Source of the DNA: a virus | Direction: 5' to 3' (one strand) | Virus record (IMG/VR): IMGVR_UViG_3300044542_000221 | DNA: 39,153 bases | In this document: piece by piece, positions 18,296 through 25,939 of the stretch | Layout: each line of letters begins with the position of its first letter | How positions within the stretch are numbered: position 1 is the first letter of the stretch | The notes under the pieces: model-generated | The model's database searches: none | Told to the model about the DNA's origin: nothing | Seen by the model: only the letters and a program-made list of their open reading frames with translations | Translations under genes and position numbers: made by a program

Positions 18296-19717
18296 ATGAA
18301 GAAACTTTTAACTGGGGTAGGAGCGGCGGCAGCTGCTCTTTTTTTATGCGCACAATTAGCTTCAGCAGATACGTTGCCAGTCTATGATATGTCAGAGTGG
18401 CAAGGTCAGAAAACTGAACAACAATTTAAAAATGTTAAATCGGAAGTTTCTGGATTGATTATCCGTCAACAATACGGATCAAACTACATTGACAAATACG
18501 CCTCATATAATACAAGCATGGCTGATAAAGTCGGTGTTCCTTATGGCCAATATGCTTATGCTCGTTTTGTCTCAGCCGACGATGCTCGTCAGGAAGCTAA
18601 GGACTTTTACAATCGGTCTGATAAGGATGCAAAGTTTTATGTATTAGACTTTGAAGAAAATACTGTTAAATATGGTACTACTCAAGCGGCAGTGCAAGCT
18701 TGGTTAGATGAGATGAAGTCATTGACTAATAAACACATAGTCTTTTATTCGTATCGAAACTTTGCTGACTTTTATGTTGGCCAAAGTTTAATTAATAAAT
18801 TTGACGGCTACTGGTTAGCAGCTTACCAGGGTGCTTGGCCAAACCCACGAAATTATGATATGTGGCAAAATAAAGATAATCAATCTTCGGTAGCGTTCGC
18901 GACCTCACTAGATAGTTCGTTAGTTGATACTAATCGGAAGTCTGTTAGCTGGTGGTTTGGGTCTGAAGCTAAAACGCAAAATAAGAAACTCAATAACGAC
19001 AGTCGCAAGCAAGGTTTTAATGTTGGCCAGAATGTCGTTTTAAAACAATCGGCAACAAAGTGGTATCAACCTAGAGTAAATATTGCCAGTTACGCAAAGG
19101 GTCAGACTTATACGATTAAAGACACGCAAGATTTAGTTTTGAGTAAGTCTAACCAAGCGGTTTTGCTTTATAAAGGAAGTACACCAATGGGTTGGGCATT
19201 AGCACAAGACGTACAGCTGACCAGTTCGAATGTATCTAGCCAGCATAGTAGAACATACACTGTTCGTTCTGGTGATTCCTGGTGGGAGATTGCTAACACG
19301 GTCGGAGTAGATATGAATTTGCTTGCTAAGCTCAACGGTAAAACAATTAATTCAGTTATTTATCCCAATCAGGTTTTGAAGATTTCAGGAACAATTGAAA
19401 ATAATGTTTCTAAGTCTGCTGCTAAAAACACTAAAGTTACTAGTTCGGTAGCTAACTCAGCTAATAGCCTACCGTCCGGAGTTCATGCACAATCAGGCTA
19501 TTTCACGCCTAATCAGCGCCTAATGGTCTGGCATGGGGCTGGATATAATGAAACCTACCAATATTACTACAGTGGCGAAACGATTAAATATGTTGGCTAT
19601 ATCGATAATTGGAGTGCTGGCTATCGTTATATCGTTTACAAAGGTGCTAGCGGTAATTGGTGCTACGTTGCTGACAGACACCTACAGCCTAACTACATGC
19701 TAGGATATGTTAGATAA
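18296..19717 (+). CDS. Endolysin: Sec signal peptide + GH25 muramidase + SH3b-like + LysM + C-terminal SH3b-like domain
   Basis: ATG 18296 lies behind AAGGAGGG. MKKLLTGVGAAAAALFLCAQLASA/DT looks like a signal peptide. GH25 is supported by YDMSEWQG...YAYARF...LDFEE. LysM is supported by YTVRSGDSWWEIANTVGVDMNLLAKLNG. Confidence 0.9.
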   Translation: MKKLLTGVGAAAAALFLCAQLASADTLPVYDMSEWQGQKTEQQFKNVKSEVSGLIIRQQYGSNYIDKYASYNTSMADKVGVPYGQYAYARFVSADDARQEAKDFYNRSDKDAKFYVLDFEENTVKYGTTQAAVQAWLDEMKSLTNKHIVFYSYRNFADFYVGQSLINKFDGYWLAAYQGAWPNPRNYDMWQNKDNQSSVAFATSLDSSLVDTNRKSVSWWFGSEAKTQNKKLNNDSRKQGFNVGQNVVLKQSATKWYQPRVNIASYAKGQTYTIKDTQDLVLSKSNQAVLLYKGSTPMGWALAQDVQLTSSNVSSQHSRTYTVRSGDSWWEIANTVGVDMNLLAKLNGKTINSVIYPNQVLKISGTIENNVSKSAAKNTKVTSSVANSANSLPSGVHAQSGYFTPNQRLMVWHGAGYNETYQYYYSGETIKYVGYIDNWSAGYRYIVYKGASGNWCYVADRHLQPNYMLGYVR

Positions 19718-19766
19718 TAACAGGGGCTTTTGCCCCAAACATAGTTGATCTACCACATTAAAGGTT

Positions 19767-19798
19767 CCACTTCCTTAATTGGAGGTGGGGATTTATTT
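19767..19798 (+). terminator. Rho-independent terminator of the late/lysis operon
   Basis: Stem ccacttcc/ggaggtgg (one G-U pair) with loop ttaatt, followed by the T-rich tail ggatttatttgt. Confidence 0.6.
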
Positions 19799-19837
19799 GT
19801 GTGTAAGAAAATAATTAAATGGAAAATATCCGAGTTC

Positions 19838-19866
19838 TTGGTAATACAAATTTGTAAAAATATGAT
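19838..19866 (+). promoter_or_regulatory. Sigma-70-like promoter of the M78/DUF4411 cassette
   Basis: TTGGTA-17 nt-TATGAT, located 45 nt upstream of ATG 19912. Confidence 0.5.
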
Positions 19867-19911
19867 AAGATTATGGCATAAGATTTGTCTAGTTTGAAAG
19901 GAGGCGAGACT

Positions 19912-21105
19912 ATGGCAATCGTACGAATAGATGTTAAACCAGAAATTCTTCATTGGGTTCAAGAAAATACTGGTACTGTATTGGATGGTGAATGGAGTGA
20001 CAGGATTAATAAATGGGTGACGAATGAAAAAAAGCCAACTCTGAACCAGCTTAAAAATTTAAGTAAAAAGGCTCAGGTTCCTTTTGGATATTTTTTCTTG
20101 GAAAGTACGCCTAAAGAAAATCTTCCTTTACTTAAATATAGAACTGTTGATAATGTTTATATAGAGAAGCCATCTAGGAACTTAATTGATACTATTCATG
20201 ATATGGAATTAAAGCAAAGTTGGCTTAGCGATTATCGCGAGAAAAATGATTACCCAGCTAGTCCTTTTTCGTGTGGATATAAGATGATTAGCAATTTGAC
20301 GCACAAAAATGATGAACAGATTGCTTCCGAAATTATGAGATCTCTTGGTATAAAATCCGGCTGGAATGTTGGCTTCAAGAACCGTGAAGGATTCAAATTT
20401 TTGCGAAAAAAACTCAATCGGGTTGGAGTTATTGTAATGTTTAGTGGTATGGTGGGCAATAATACACGTCGATTATTATCGCAAAGTGAATTTCGAGCAT
20501 TTGCTCTTAATGATACGTTTGCGCCACTGATTTTTATTAATTCGAATGATAGCTATAATGCAATGCTTTTTTCTCTTGTTCACGAGTTGACTCATATTTG
20601 GTACGGCACTTCTGAACTGTACAATGATGATTTTAAAGAAGAACAACAAATTTTAGATCTTAAAAATGAGCAGAAAATTAATCATATTAGTGAAGCAATT
20701 ATTTTTCCAAAACTTTTATTTACTGATGAATGGCAACAACAAAGTGGAGAGAAAATAATTGATAAAATAATTGCTGTCGCAAAACATTTTAATGCGAGTC
20801 CATTGTCAACGGGAATTCGAGCGTTTCATCTTGATCTCATTGAGCAAAATTCAATTGACCAGTTAAAAAAAGAATTAGATCGTGATTATCAATATAAAAA
20901 AAATAATAAAGAGGGTCAAAAAGATAACGGGGGTCCAACTTTTTATATAACAAAAGCTACTCAAATTGATTCATCTTTCACAAAAGATATCAAACGTGGG
21001 GTTATTGGCGGAGAATTAGAATTCAATAAAGCTTTTGAGTTGTTGGGTGTCAAAAACAGTACTGCTTTTGACAAACTTTTATCTAAAATAGAGGGAAAAG
21101 GGTAA
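19912..21105 (+). CDS. HTH (XRE-like) + ImmA/IrrE-family (M78, COG2856) zinc metallopeptidase fusion
   Basis: ATG 19912 lies behind AAAGGAGG. The N-terminal PTLNQLKNLSKKAQVPFGYFFL is HTH-like. The HEXXH motif is SLVHELTHIWYG. Confidence 0.85.
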   Translation: MAIVRIDVKPEILHWVQENTGTVLDGEWSDRINKWVTNEKKPTLNQLKNLSKKAQVPFGYFFLESTPKENLPLLKYRTVDNVYIEKPSRNLIDTIHDMELKQSWLSDYREKNDYPASPFSCGYKMISNLTHKNDEQIASEIMRSLGIKSGWNVGFKNREGFKFLRKKLNRVGVIVMFSGMVGNNTRRLLSQSEFRAFALNDTFAPLIFINSNDSYNAMLFSLVHELTHIWYGTSELYNDDFKEEQQILDLKNEQKINHISEAIIFPKLLFTDEWQQQSGEKIIDKIIAVAKHFNASPLSTGIRAFHLDLIEQNSIDQLKKELDRDYQYKKNNKEGQKDNGGPTFYITKATQIDSSFTKDIKRGVIGGELEFNKAFELLGVKNSTAFDKLLSKIEGKG

Positions 21106-21109
21106 GATA

Positions 21110-21655
21110 ATGAGTAGTAACACAAGTATGAAATCTAAATTTGTTATTGACAGTAACTCATTTGTTGAACCTTCTAGACTATATTATTCTATGTCCCGTT
21201 TTCCAAGCTATTGGGCATGGATAGAAGGATGTATCACAGGCGCATCAAAGTATATTATTATTCCAGGAGTGGTATATGATGAGCTGTCTGGGTCAAATGA
21301 TAACCTTTCACAATGGCTAGAGAGTACAATTAAACCATTTGTTTTTAGAAGCTATGAAACTAATCCAACTTATTTAACACAGTATGGGAAGATTATGAAC
21401 TACCTACAAAATTGTGGGTATTATGGTAACGCAGCAATTGCAAATTGGAGTCAAGAATGGAAAGCTGATCCGAAATTGATAGCGATGGCTGCAACATATG
21501 ATTGGAAAATCATTACTCGAGAGCAGCCAGCAGGTTATCTAAGTACAAAAAATAGGTCTAACAAAGAACCCAAAATTCCTGATGTTGCTTCAGCCATGGG
21601 TGTGGAATGTGTTTCACTTTTCGAGGTGGAAGAGGCGCTTAAACTTTCAATTTAG
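21110..21655 (+). CDS. DUF4411-like (PIN-like nuclease fold) protein
   Basis: 181 aa, 4 nt after the M78 stop. The N-terminus FVIDSNSFVEPSRLYY...FPSYWAWIE...IIPGVVYDEL...LSQWL matches my memory of the DUF4411 pattern. Confidence 0.7.
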   Translation: MSSNTSMKSKFVIDSNSFVEPSRLYYSMSRFPSYWAWIEGCITGASKYIIIPGVVYDELSGSNDNLSQWLESTIKPFVFRSYETNPTYLTQYGKIMNYLQNCGYYGNAAIANWSQEWKADPKLIAMAATYDWKIITREQPAGYLSTKNRSNKEPKIPDVASAMGVECVSLFEVEEALKLSI

Positions 21656-21704
21656 ACTTACTGTACATATATATTGTTTAGGATCAAGTAAATAAATTTA
21701 AAGC

Positions 21705-21733
21705 CTCATTCTTAATTGAGTGAGACTGTTTTT
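21705..21733 (+). terminator. Rho-independent terminator after the DUF4411 gene
   Basis: Stem ctcattc/gagtgag with loop ttaatt, then actgttttt. Confidence 0.6.
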
Positions 21734-21776
21734 ATTATAGGCATAAGTCTAATCGCCAGTTTCGGTTGGTATACAT

Positions 21777-21812
21777 AAAAGCCCACCCGATTAATTTCGG
21801 GTAGGCTTATTT
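21777..21812. terminator. Bidirectional-type terminator hairpin
   Basis: aaaa-gcccacccga-ttaatt-tcgggtaggc-ttattt. The core cccacccgattaatttcgg is 17/19 identical to 23464-23482. Confidence 0.5.
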
Positions 21813-21876
21813 AAGTAGGGTTGTAATTATCTACAAAATAAGCTAAAATATTAGTTGCATGTATATTGCATAGACT

Positions 21877-21912
21877 AAAAAGCCTATCTCATTTGAGGTA
21901 GGCTTATTTTTT
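21877..21912. terminator. Bidirectional-type terminator hairpin
   Basis: aaaa-agcctatctc-attt-gaggtaggct-tatttttt. It shares the 3' arm ggtaggcttattt with the hairpin at 21777. Confidence 0.6.
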
Positions 21913-22040
21913 ATGCGCATTCTAAGGTCACTTTCGTATTTCAGACGTGTAGTTATACGTGAAATCAAATTTGAGAGTGCAAAAAAATAAGCCAGCTACG
22001 CTGACTTAGAAAATATGCTATAATTAGTTGATTAAAAAAT

Positions 22041-22219
22041 GTTGTCTCGAAGTTGTCTAAAAGACTTGTAAGCATTGACTTTTAGGTATACTAAAATGCG
22101 CCACGTGGGAGTTCTGATAAGATTTTATAAGTCTTGATTACCTTTAAATCGGCATTTTAGCCCTGAATGAATCACTAATTGCTGTTAAAAAATATTATTT
22201 TGTTGTCCTCTTGTTGTCC
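22041..22219. other. Candidate attP region (arm-type repeats plus inverted repeat), 3' of int
   Basis: GTTGTC[T/C] occurs at 22041, 22052, 22202 and 22213, as two pairs each phased 11 bp. The inverted repeat aagactt/aagtctt lies at 22061-22067 and 22129-22135. The core cannot be defined without the host sequence. Confidence 0.3.
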
Positions 22220-23305
22220 TAGACTGTCCGTCAACTTCTCAATCCTATCATCAGATCGAGCTTTGTATTCAGCGATCAAGTAAGCATATTTTTCGGCAGT
22301 GATTGACATGTTAGAATGGCCTAGTCTTTTACTAATTGCATAAAGGCTGACACCTTTAAAGAGGAGATAGGCTACATGAGAATGTCTGAGAGAATGGAAG
22401 TGGAAGTTATTTTTTTGAATTTCACATTTTTCCATGATTGAATGTAAAGTCTTATTAACTGCATTAGAGCTTGGCAACTGTCTAGCCTTATTTTCAAAAA
22501 CCATCTTTGAGTTATTTATTTTTAATTGTTTTAAAAGATTAAGCAGGCTAGAACCAACTCGGATAATTCGATATGATGATTTAGTTTTAACAGATTTAAA
22601 ACCTCCGCCTGCATGATAGTCCCAAGACTTATTGATTGATATAGTATGCTGTTTAAAGTTAATATCTTTCCATGTGAGAGCCTGTATCTCTCCAAGTCTC
22701 ATTCCTGTATAGATAGCAGTTAAAATCATGTAGCGGCTAGTATATTGAGTATCTAATCCATCTTCAATGCCTTTTATTAATTTATTAATTTCAGCTACCG
22801 AAAGGTACTCAACTTTGAGTGTTCGTTTCTCGTCATATACAAGCTCAATACCCTGTGTAAAATCTTTTCTGATTATTTCATCAATCATAGCTGCTTTAAC
22901 ACAAGCACGAATTATATTATTTGTTTTTCTAACGGTATCTTTTGCGTGGTTCTTTCCGTAACTGTTAATAAAATGCTGGTATTGATTGCGAGTGATTGAT
23001 TTTAATTTTAAGTTTCCAAAATTTTTTTCAATTATATGTGATACATAAATGTACCGTTTCAGATTACTAGCTGCTACACGATTCTCTTTATAGGTTTTAT
23101 ACCAGTCGATGTAGTATTGGAGAAAAACAACATCGTGATGAGCTATGAGTGAACTATCATTTTGTGCTTCAATTTGAGCAGCGTAAACTCGAGCATCATT
23201 TTTAGTTTTGAACCCTGACTTAGAAGTTTGATGCAGGTTACCAGCTGGATCCCGTTTGGAAACTGTAACTTTCCAGCCACTGCTTAGTTTTCTAAAACTA
23301 GCCAT
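22175..23305 (-). CDS. int: Tyrosine integrase (site-specific recombinase, phage integrase family)
   Basis: Start at MASFRKLSSGW (ATG 23305) lies behind AAGGGAG. It has catalytic-type motifs ...GMRLGE..., HSLRHSHVAYLL and GHSNMSITAEKYAY. Confidence 0.92.
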   Translation of the reverse strand: MASFRKLSSGWKVTVSKRDPAGNLHQTSKSGFKTKNDARVYAAQIEAQNDSSLIAHHDVVFLQYYIDWYKTYKENRVAASNLKRYIYVSHIIEKNFGNLKLKSITRNQYQHFINSYGKNHAKDTVRKTNNIIRACVKAAMIDEIIRKDFTQGIELVYDEKRTLKVEYLSVAEINKLIKGIEDGLDTQYTSRYMILTAIYTGMRLGEIQALTWKDINFKQHTISINKSWDYHAGGGFKSVKTKSSYRIIRVGSSLLNLLKQLKINNSKMVFENKARQLPSSNAVNKTLHSIMEKCEIQKNNFHFHSLRHSHVAYLLFKGVSLYAISKRLGHSNMSITAEKYAYLIAEYKARSDDRIEKLTDSLGQQEDNKIIFFNSN

Positions 23306-23381
23306 TGAAAAAACTCCCTTCATAATATAAAATATGGATGTAAGGGCTGATTGTTCCTTACAAATTTAATAATTCTTTCTA

Positions 23382-23727
23382 AGCACACTTTATCTTCCCG
23401 GAGCGAGTGTGTTTTGTGATATAATATAGGTGGTTTGAAAAAACCACATTAAAAAAATCCCAACCCACCTAATTAATTTCGGAATTAGATGGGTTCTTTG
23501 TTATTTTGTGTTATAATACTGTGTGAGAATCTGTGGATTCTCTATCATATATGGGCACACTCAAACTTTTAATTAAGGGCGAGTGTTTTTGCATATAGGT
23601 GTATAATGTTAGTTGGGTAGGATTGCCTGCCTGCAGTACCCCCAAACAACACCCTATTATTATATTAGTAGGGTGCTTTTTAATGAGTAGAGCACTCAAA
23701 CTTTAGGTGGGGAGAGTGTGCTTTTTA
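23382..23727. repeat. Array of related hairpins interleaved with TATAAT boxes in the int-sie intergenic region
   Basis: Three related hairpins (gcacact..gagtgtg) lie at 23382-23413, 23557-23586 and 23691-23722. Two other hairpins lie at 23462-23495 and 23650-23675. TGnTATAAT or TATAAT boxes end at 23425, 23517 and 23607. Confidence 0.6.
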
Positions 23728-24357
23728 TTCAGCAATTTTATTATAAGATTCTGAAATTTGCTTATCGTATTTCTCAAAATTTGACCCAAAACTGTTATAG
23801 CTTCCACTTGGACTGCTAACCAGTTCTACTATATTTTTCATTTTGTAATATGCATCTTTATATTGGCTGTAATTAAGTTCACCTGTGTTATTGGCCTTTA
23901 AAAGTACTAAAAATCCTTCTAAATCATTCATATCACTTTTTAATTTGCTAATAGATTTATAATTTCTTTCAGCCGCAGCTGTGATTACTTTGTCAACGTT
24001 AAAATCGCTTTGATCATAGGATTCATCAATTTGATTTCCCCAATAATTATATTCGCTGTTACCGACATCCTCCGCTATATTTCCTGTAGAAGCGTACAAC
24101 TTGTTAAACTTAGAACTGTAATATTGGAACTCACGGTTTGCCTCTGCATGTTGCTTTTTTATCTCAAAATTAGCGCCATAAACGCTTATGCACGAAACAA
24201 CAAAAATAGTTCCACCAACAATTAATCCTAGTTTCCCAGTACGCTTCAAACTATCTTTTTTATTTCCAAAACCGACTATTAAAACTACGCCAAAACCAAT
24301 AGCCATCACGCTTGAAATGATAGCTGCAAAAAGCATTATAACGCCAAAAGTCTCCAT
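23725..24357 (-). CDS. Membrane protein (2 N-terminal TM + about 140-aa extracytoplasmic domain); candidate superinfection-exclusion protein
   Basis: ATG 24357 (METFGV) lies behind GGGGGA. TM helices are VIMLFAAIISSVMAIGFGVVLIV and LGLIVGGTIFVVSCISVY. Its position between int and cI is the classic Sie slot in LAB phages. Confidence 0.65.
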   Translation of the reverse strand: METFGVIMLFAAIISSVMAIGFGVVLIVGFGNKKDSLKRTGKLGLIVGGTIFVVSCISVYGANFEIKKQHAEANREFQYYSSKFNKLYASTGNIAEDVGNSEYNYWGNQIDESYDQSDFNVDKVITAAAERNYKSISKLKSDMNDLEGFLVLLKANNTGELNYSQYKDAYYKMKNIVELVSSPSGSYNSFGSNFEKYDKQISESYNKIAE

Positions 24358-24427
24358 TTTGGTTTCCCCCAATATATTTTTATAAGTATGTGTATCTAAA
24401 AAAGATTATAAATCATTATGTAAAAAT

Positions 24428-24504
24428 ATCCGAGTATGTGCTATATTTAACTCGGATACATTAAGCCTTAGCTCGTTGCCCTCCACAGCGATTGAGCTAG
24501 GGCT
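24428..24504 (-). terminator. Tandem hairpins downstream of cI
   Basis: The hairpins are agccttagctc...gagctagggct (24464-24504, overlapping the cI stop) and atccgagt...actcggat (24428-24457), the latter followed by attttta on the minus strand. Confidence 0.5.
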
Positions 24505-25177
24505 TATTTTTTTGCGTGATAACTTTTCCAATAACTCTTACATCTTGAGCTGGAAAAACCATATCATCATATTTATCATTGATTGACTTCAATCTGATTT
24601 TTCCATCTTCCCTATATATCTTCTTACAAGTAACTCCTACATCTTTTATTGAAACGATTACTATCTGTCCATCATCGTCAGGAACAGGCTGATAATGTAC
24701 GAACACTTGTGAGCCTTTCATGAGAAGTGGTTCCATTGAATCGCCAGCAATTGTTATAACCTCATCAGCACCGCGCGGCACTTCATTTCTTACTACTATT
24801 TCTTGTTGAGCATCTTCATAATCTCCATCAATAGGAGCACCAGCGGCAGATGAACGTCCTGAGCGCATATACCCGTTTTGCTCAGACAATTGATCTTCTG
24901 CAAAACTATAAACACGTTTCTTCCTTAAAGGCTCAAGTTTATCATATATAGAAAGAATATTATCATCTGAATTAATTCCTAAAAGATATCTTGGATCTAA
25001 ATTTAATGCTTTAGCAAATGCTTCCGTTTTATTAACAGGAAACTCTCTTGAACCATTTTCATATCTGGATAAAGCGGCTTTTGAAAGGCCAACTTTTTCT
25101 CCTAATTCATCTAACGACATTTTTTTACTTTTTCTTGAGTCGGTAATTATTTTTAATATTTCTTTACTTGATCTCAT
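24497..25177 (-). CDS. CI-like repressor: XRE HTH + S24 (LexA-like) self-cleaving peptidase domain
   Basis: ATG 25177 (MRSSKEIL) lies behind AGGAGGTGA. The HTH is MSLDELGEKVGLSKAALSRYENG. The S24 motif is IAGDSMEPLL with a downstream Lys. Confidence 0.9.
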   Translation of the reverse strand: MRSSKEILKIITDSRKSKKMSLDELGEKVGLSKAALSRYENGSREFPVNKTEAFAKALNLDPRYLLGINSDDNILSIYDKLEPLRKKRVYSFAEDQLSEQNGYMRSGRSSAAGAPIDGDYEDAQQEIVVRNEVPRGADEVITIAGDSMEPLLMKGSQVFVHYQPVPDDDGQIVIVSIKDVGVTCKKIYREDGKIRLKSINDKYDDMVFPAQDVRVIGKVITQKNKP

Positions 25178-25203
25178 TTTTGTATCACCTCCTAACAATC
25201 TTT

Positions 25204-25232
25204 ATTATATACTCGTTGTTACCACAAGTAAA
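25204..25232 (-). promoter_or_regulatory. Leftward (cI) promoter
   Basis: The minus strand reads TTTACT-17 nt-TATAAT. The -35 overlaps operator O1. Confidence 0.6.
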
Positions 25233-25233
25233 C
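25218..25233. promoter_or_regulatory. Operator O1
   Basis: gttaccacaagtaaac. Its reverse complement matches O2 at 13/16 positions. Half-sites are GTTAC/GTAAC-like. Confidence 0.6.
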
Positions 25234-25258
25234 AAAATATATTAAATAAAATAAAAAT

Positions 25259-25274
25259 GTTGACAAGTGGTAAC
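25259..25274. promoter_or_regulatory. Operator O2
   Basis: gttgacaagtggtaac, overlapping the -35 and spacer of the rightward promoter. Confidence 0.6.
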
Positions 25275-25288
25275 AAATGATTTATAGT
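25260..25288 (+). promoter_or_regulatory. Rightward (cro/early) promoter
   Basis: TTGACA-17 nt-TATAGT, located 27 nt upstream of the cro ATG, which has RBS AAAGGAGGAAAG. Confidence 0.7.
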
Positions 25289-25314
25289 AAAAATGTGGAA
25301 AGGAGGAAAGTGAA

Positions 25315-25554
25315 ATGGAAATCAATTTAAACAGAATTAAAGCAGAAAGAATTGCCGCAGGTGTTTCACAGCAACAAATGGCAAAGACTTTAGGAATTTC
25401 CCGTGGAGCTTATTGGAAACGAGAAAACGGTAAAACCCAAATAGGAGTTGAAGAACTAGCCAAGATTGCTGAGACAGTTGGGATTGACAAAAATAATATT
25501 GGAATTTTTTTTAAATTCAGTGTTACCGAATGTCAACATTTAGTCAAAGAATAG
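25315..25554 (+). CDS. Cro-like XRE-family HTH regulator
   Basis: 79 aa, divergent from cI. The HTH is VSQQQMAKTLGISRGAYWKRENG. Confidence 0.85.
   Translation: MEINLNRIKAERIAAGVSQQQMAKTLGISRGAYWKRENGKTQIGVEELAKIAETVGIDKNNIGIFFKFSVTECQHLVKE
25522..25537. promoter_or_regulatory. Distal operator O3 inside the 3' end of cro
   Basis: gttaccgaatgtcaac matches the reverse complement of O2 (gttaccacttgtcaac) at 13/16 positions, with both hexamer arms identical. Confidence 0.5.
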
Positions 25555-25565
25555 GAGGAACAATT

Positions 25566-25673
25566 ATGGAACCAGAAAAAAAGACAGATTGGGAATTTAT
25601 AATTTTAACAATTAATTTCTTTCTTTCGCTAATTGCTTTAGGTTTTTCCACTTATCTTTTGATTCAACAGTAA
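25566..25673 (+). CDS. Small single-TM protein (35 aa)
   Basis: ATG lies behind the strong RBS AGGAGGAA. Sequence is MEPEKKTDWEFIILTINFFLSLIALGFSTYLLIQQ. Confidence 0.45.
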   Translation: MEPEKKTDWEFIILTINFFLSLIALGFSTYLLIQQ

Positions 25674-25789
25674 GTATTTCTTGACCATTAGATGTCTTTA
25701 AGTTTAAAGAGAGAATGAAAGCTGAAACTGACAATATTATTACCTCGATTCGCTGGGATAACTAATTATACAACGAAAGGAAGATTTAA

Positions 25790-25939
25790 ATGACAAAACA
25801 AAATAGAAAAGAATCCACGTCTGCAACACGTGAATCCTCAGTAAAAAACATTAAGGCTTCAAAAATTACCAGTGGAACTGTAAATGCTAATGAACTTGAC
25901 TTCATCAATATTAATAGTAATCATGAAAGTCTTTCTTAG
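25790..25939 (+). CDS. Possible small protein (49 aa)
   Basis: ATG lies behind AAAGGAAG. The 3' end overlaps the convergent minus-strand gene by 29 nt. Composition is hydrophilic. Confidence 0.3.
   Translation: MTKQNRKESTSATRESSVKNIKASKITSGTVNANELDFININSNHESLS

Noticed and set aside
18296-18370. Possible lipoprotein signal (LFLC) in the endolysin leader.
   Set aside because: Residues before the Cys (L-F-L) do not fit the lipobox, which needs G/A/S at position -1. An AxA signal peptidase I site (ASA/DT) follows instead.
19750-19962. Minus-strand 70-aa ORF spanning the terminator/promoter region upstream of the M78 gene.
   Set aside because: It overlaps the plus-strand terminator, promoter and the start of the M78 gene. 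It has no RBS, and the peptide has no features.
21905-21985. 25-aa ORF (MRILRSLSYFRRVVIREIKFESAKK) in the attP region.
   Set aside because: It starts inside a terminator T-run, has no RBS and has basic random-looking composition.
23511-23699. Minus-strand 62-aa ORF (TTG start) in the int-sie spacer.
   Set aside because: It has an alternative start codon and no RBS. It runs straight through three hairpin/terminator elements, so it is more plausibly noncoding.
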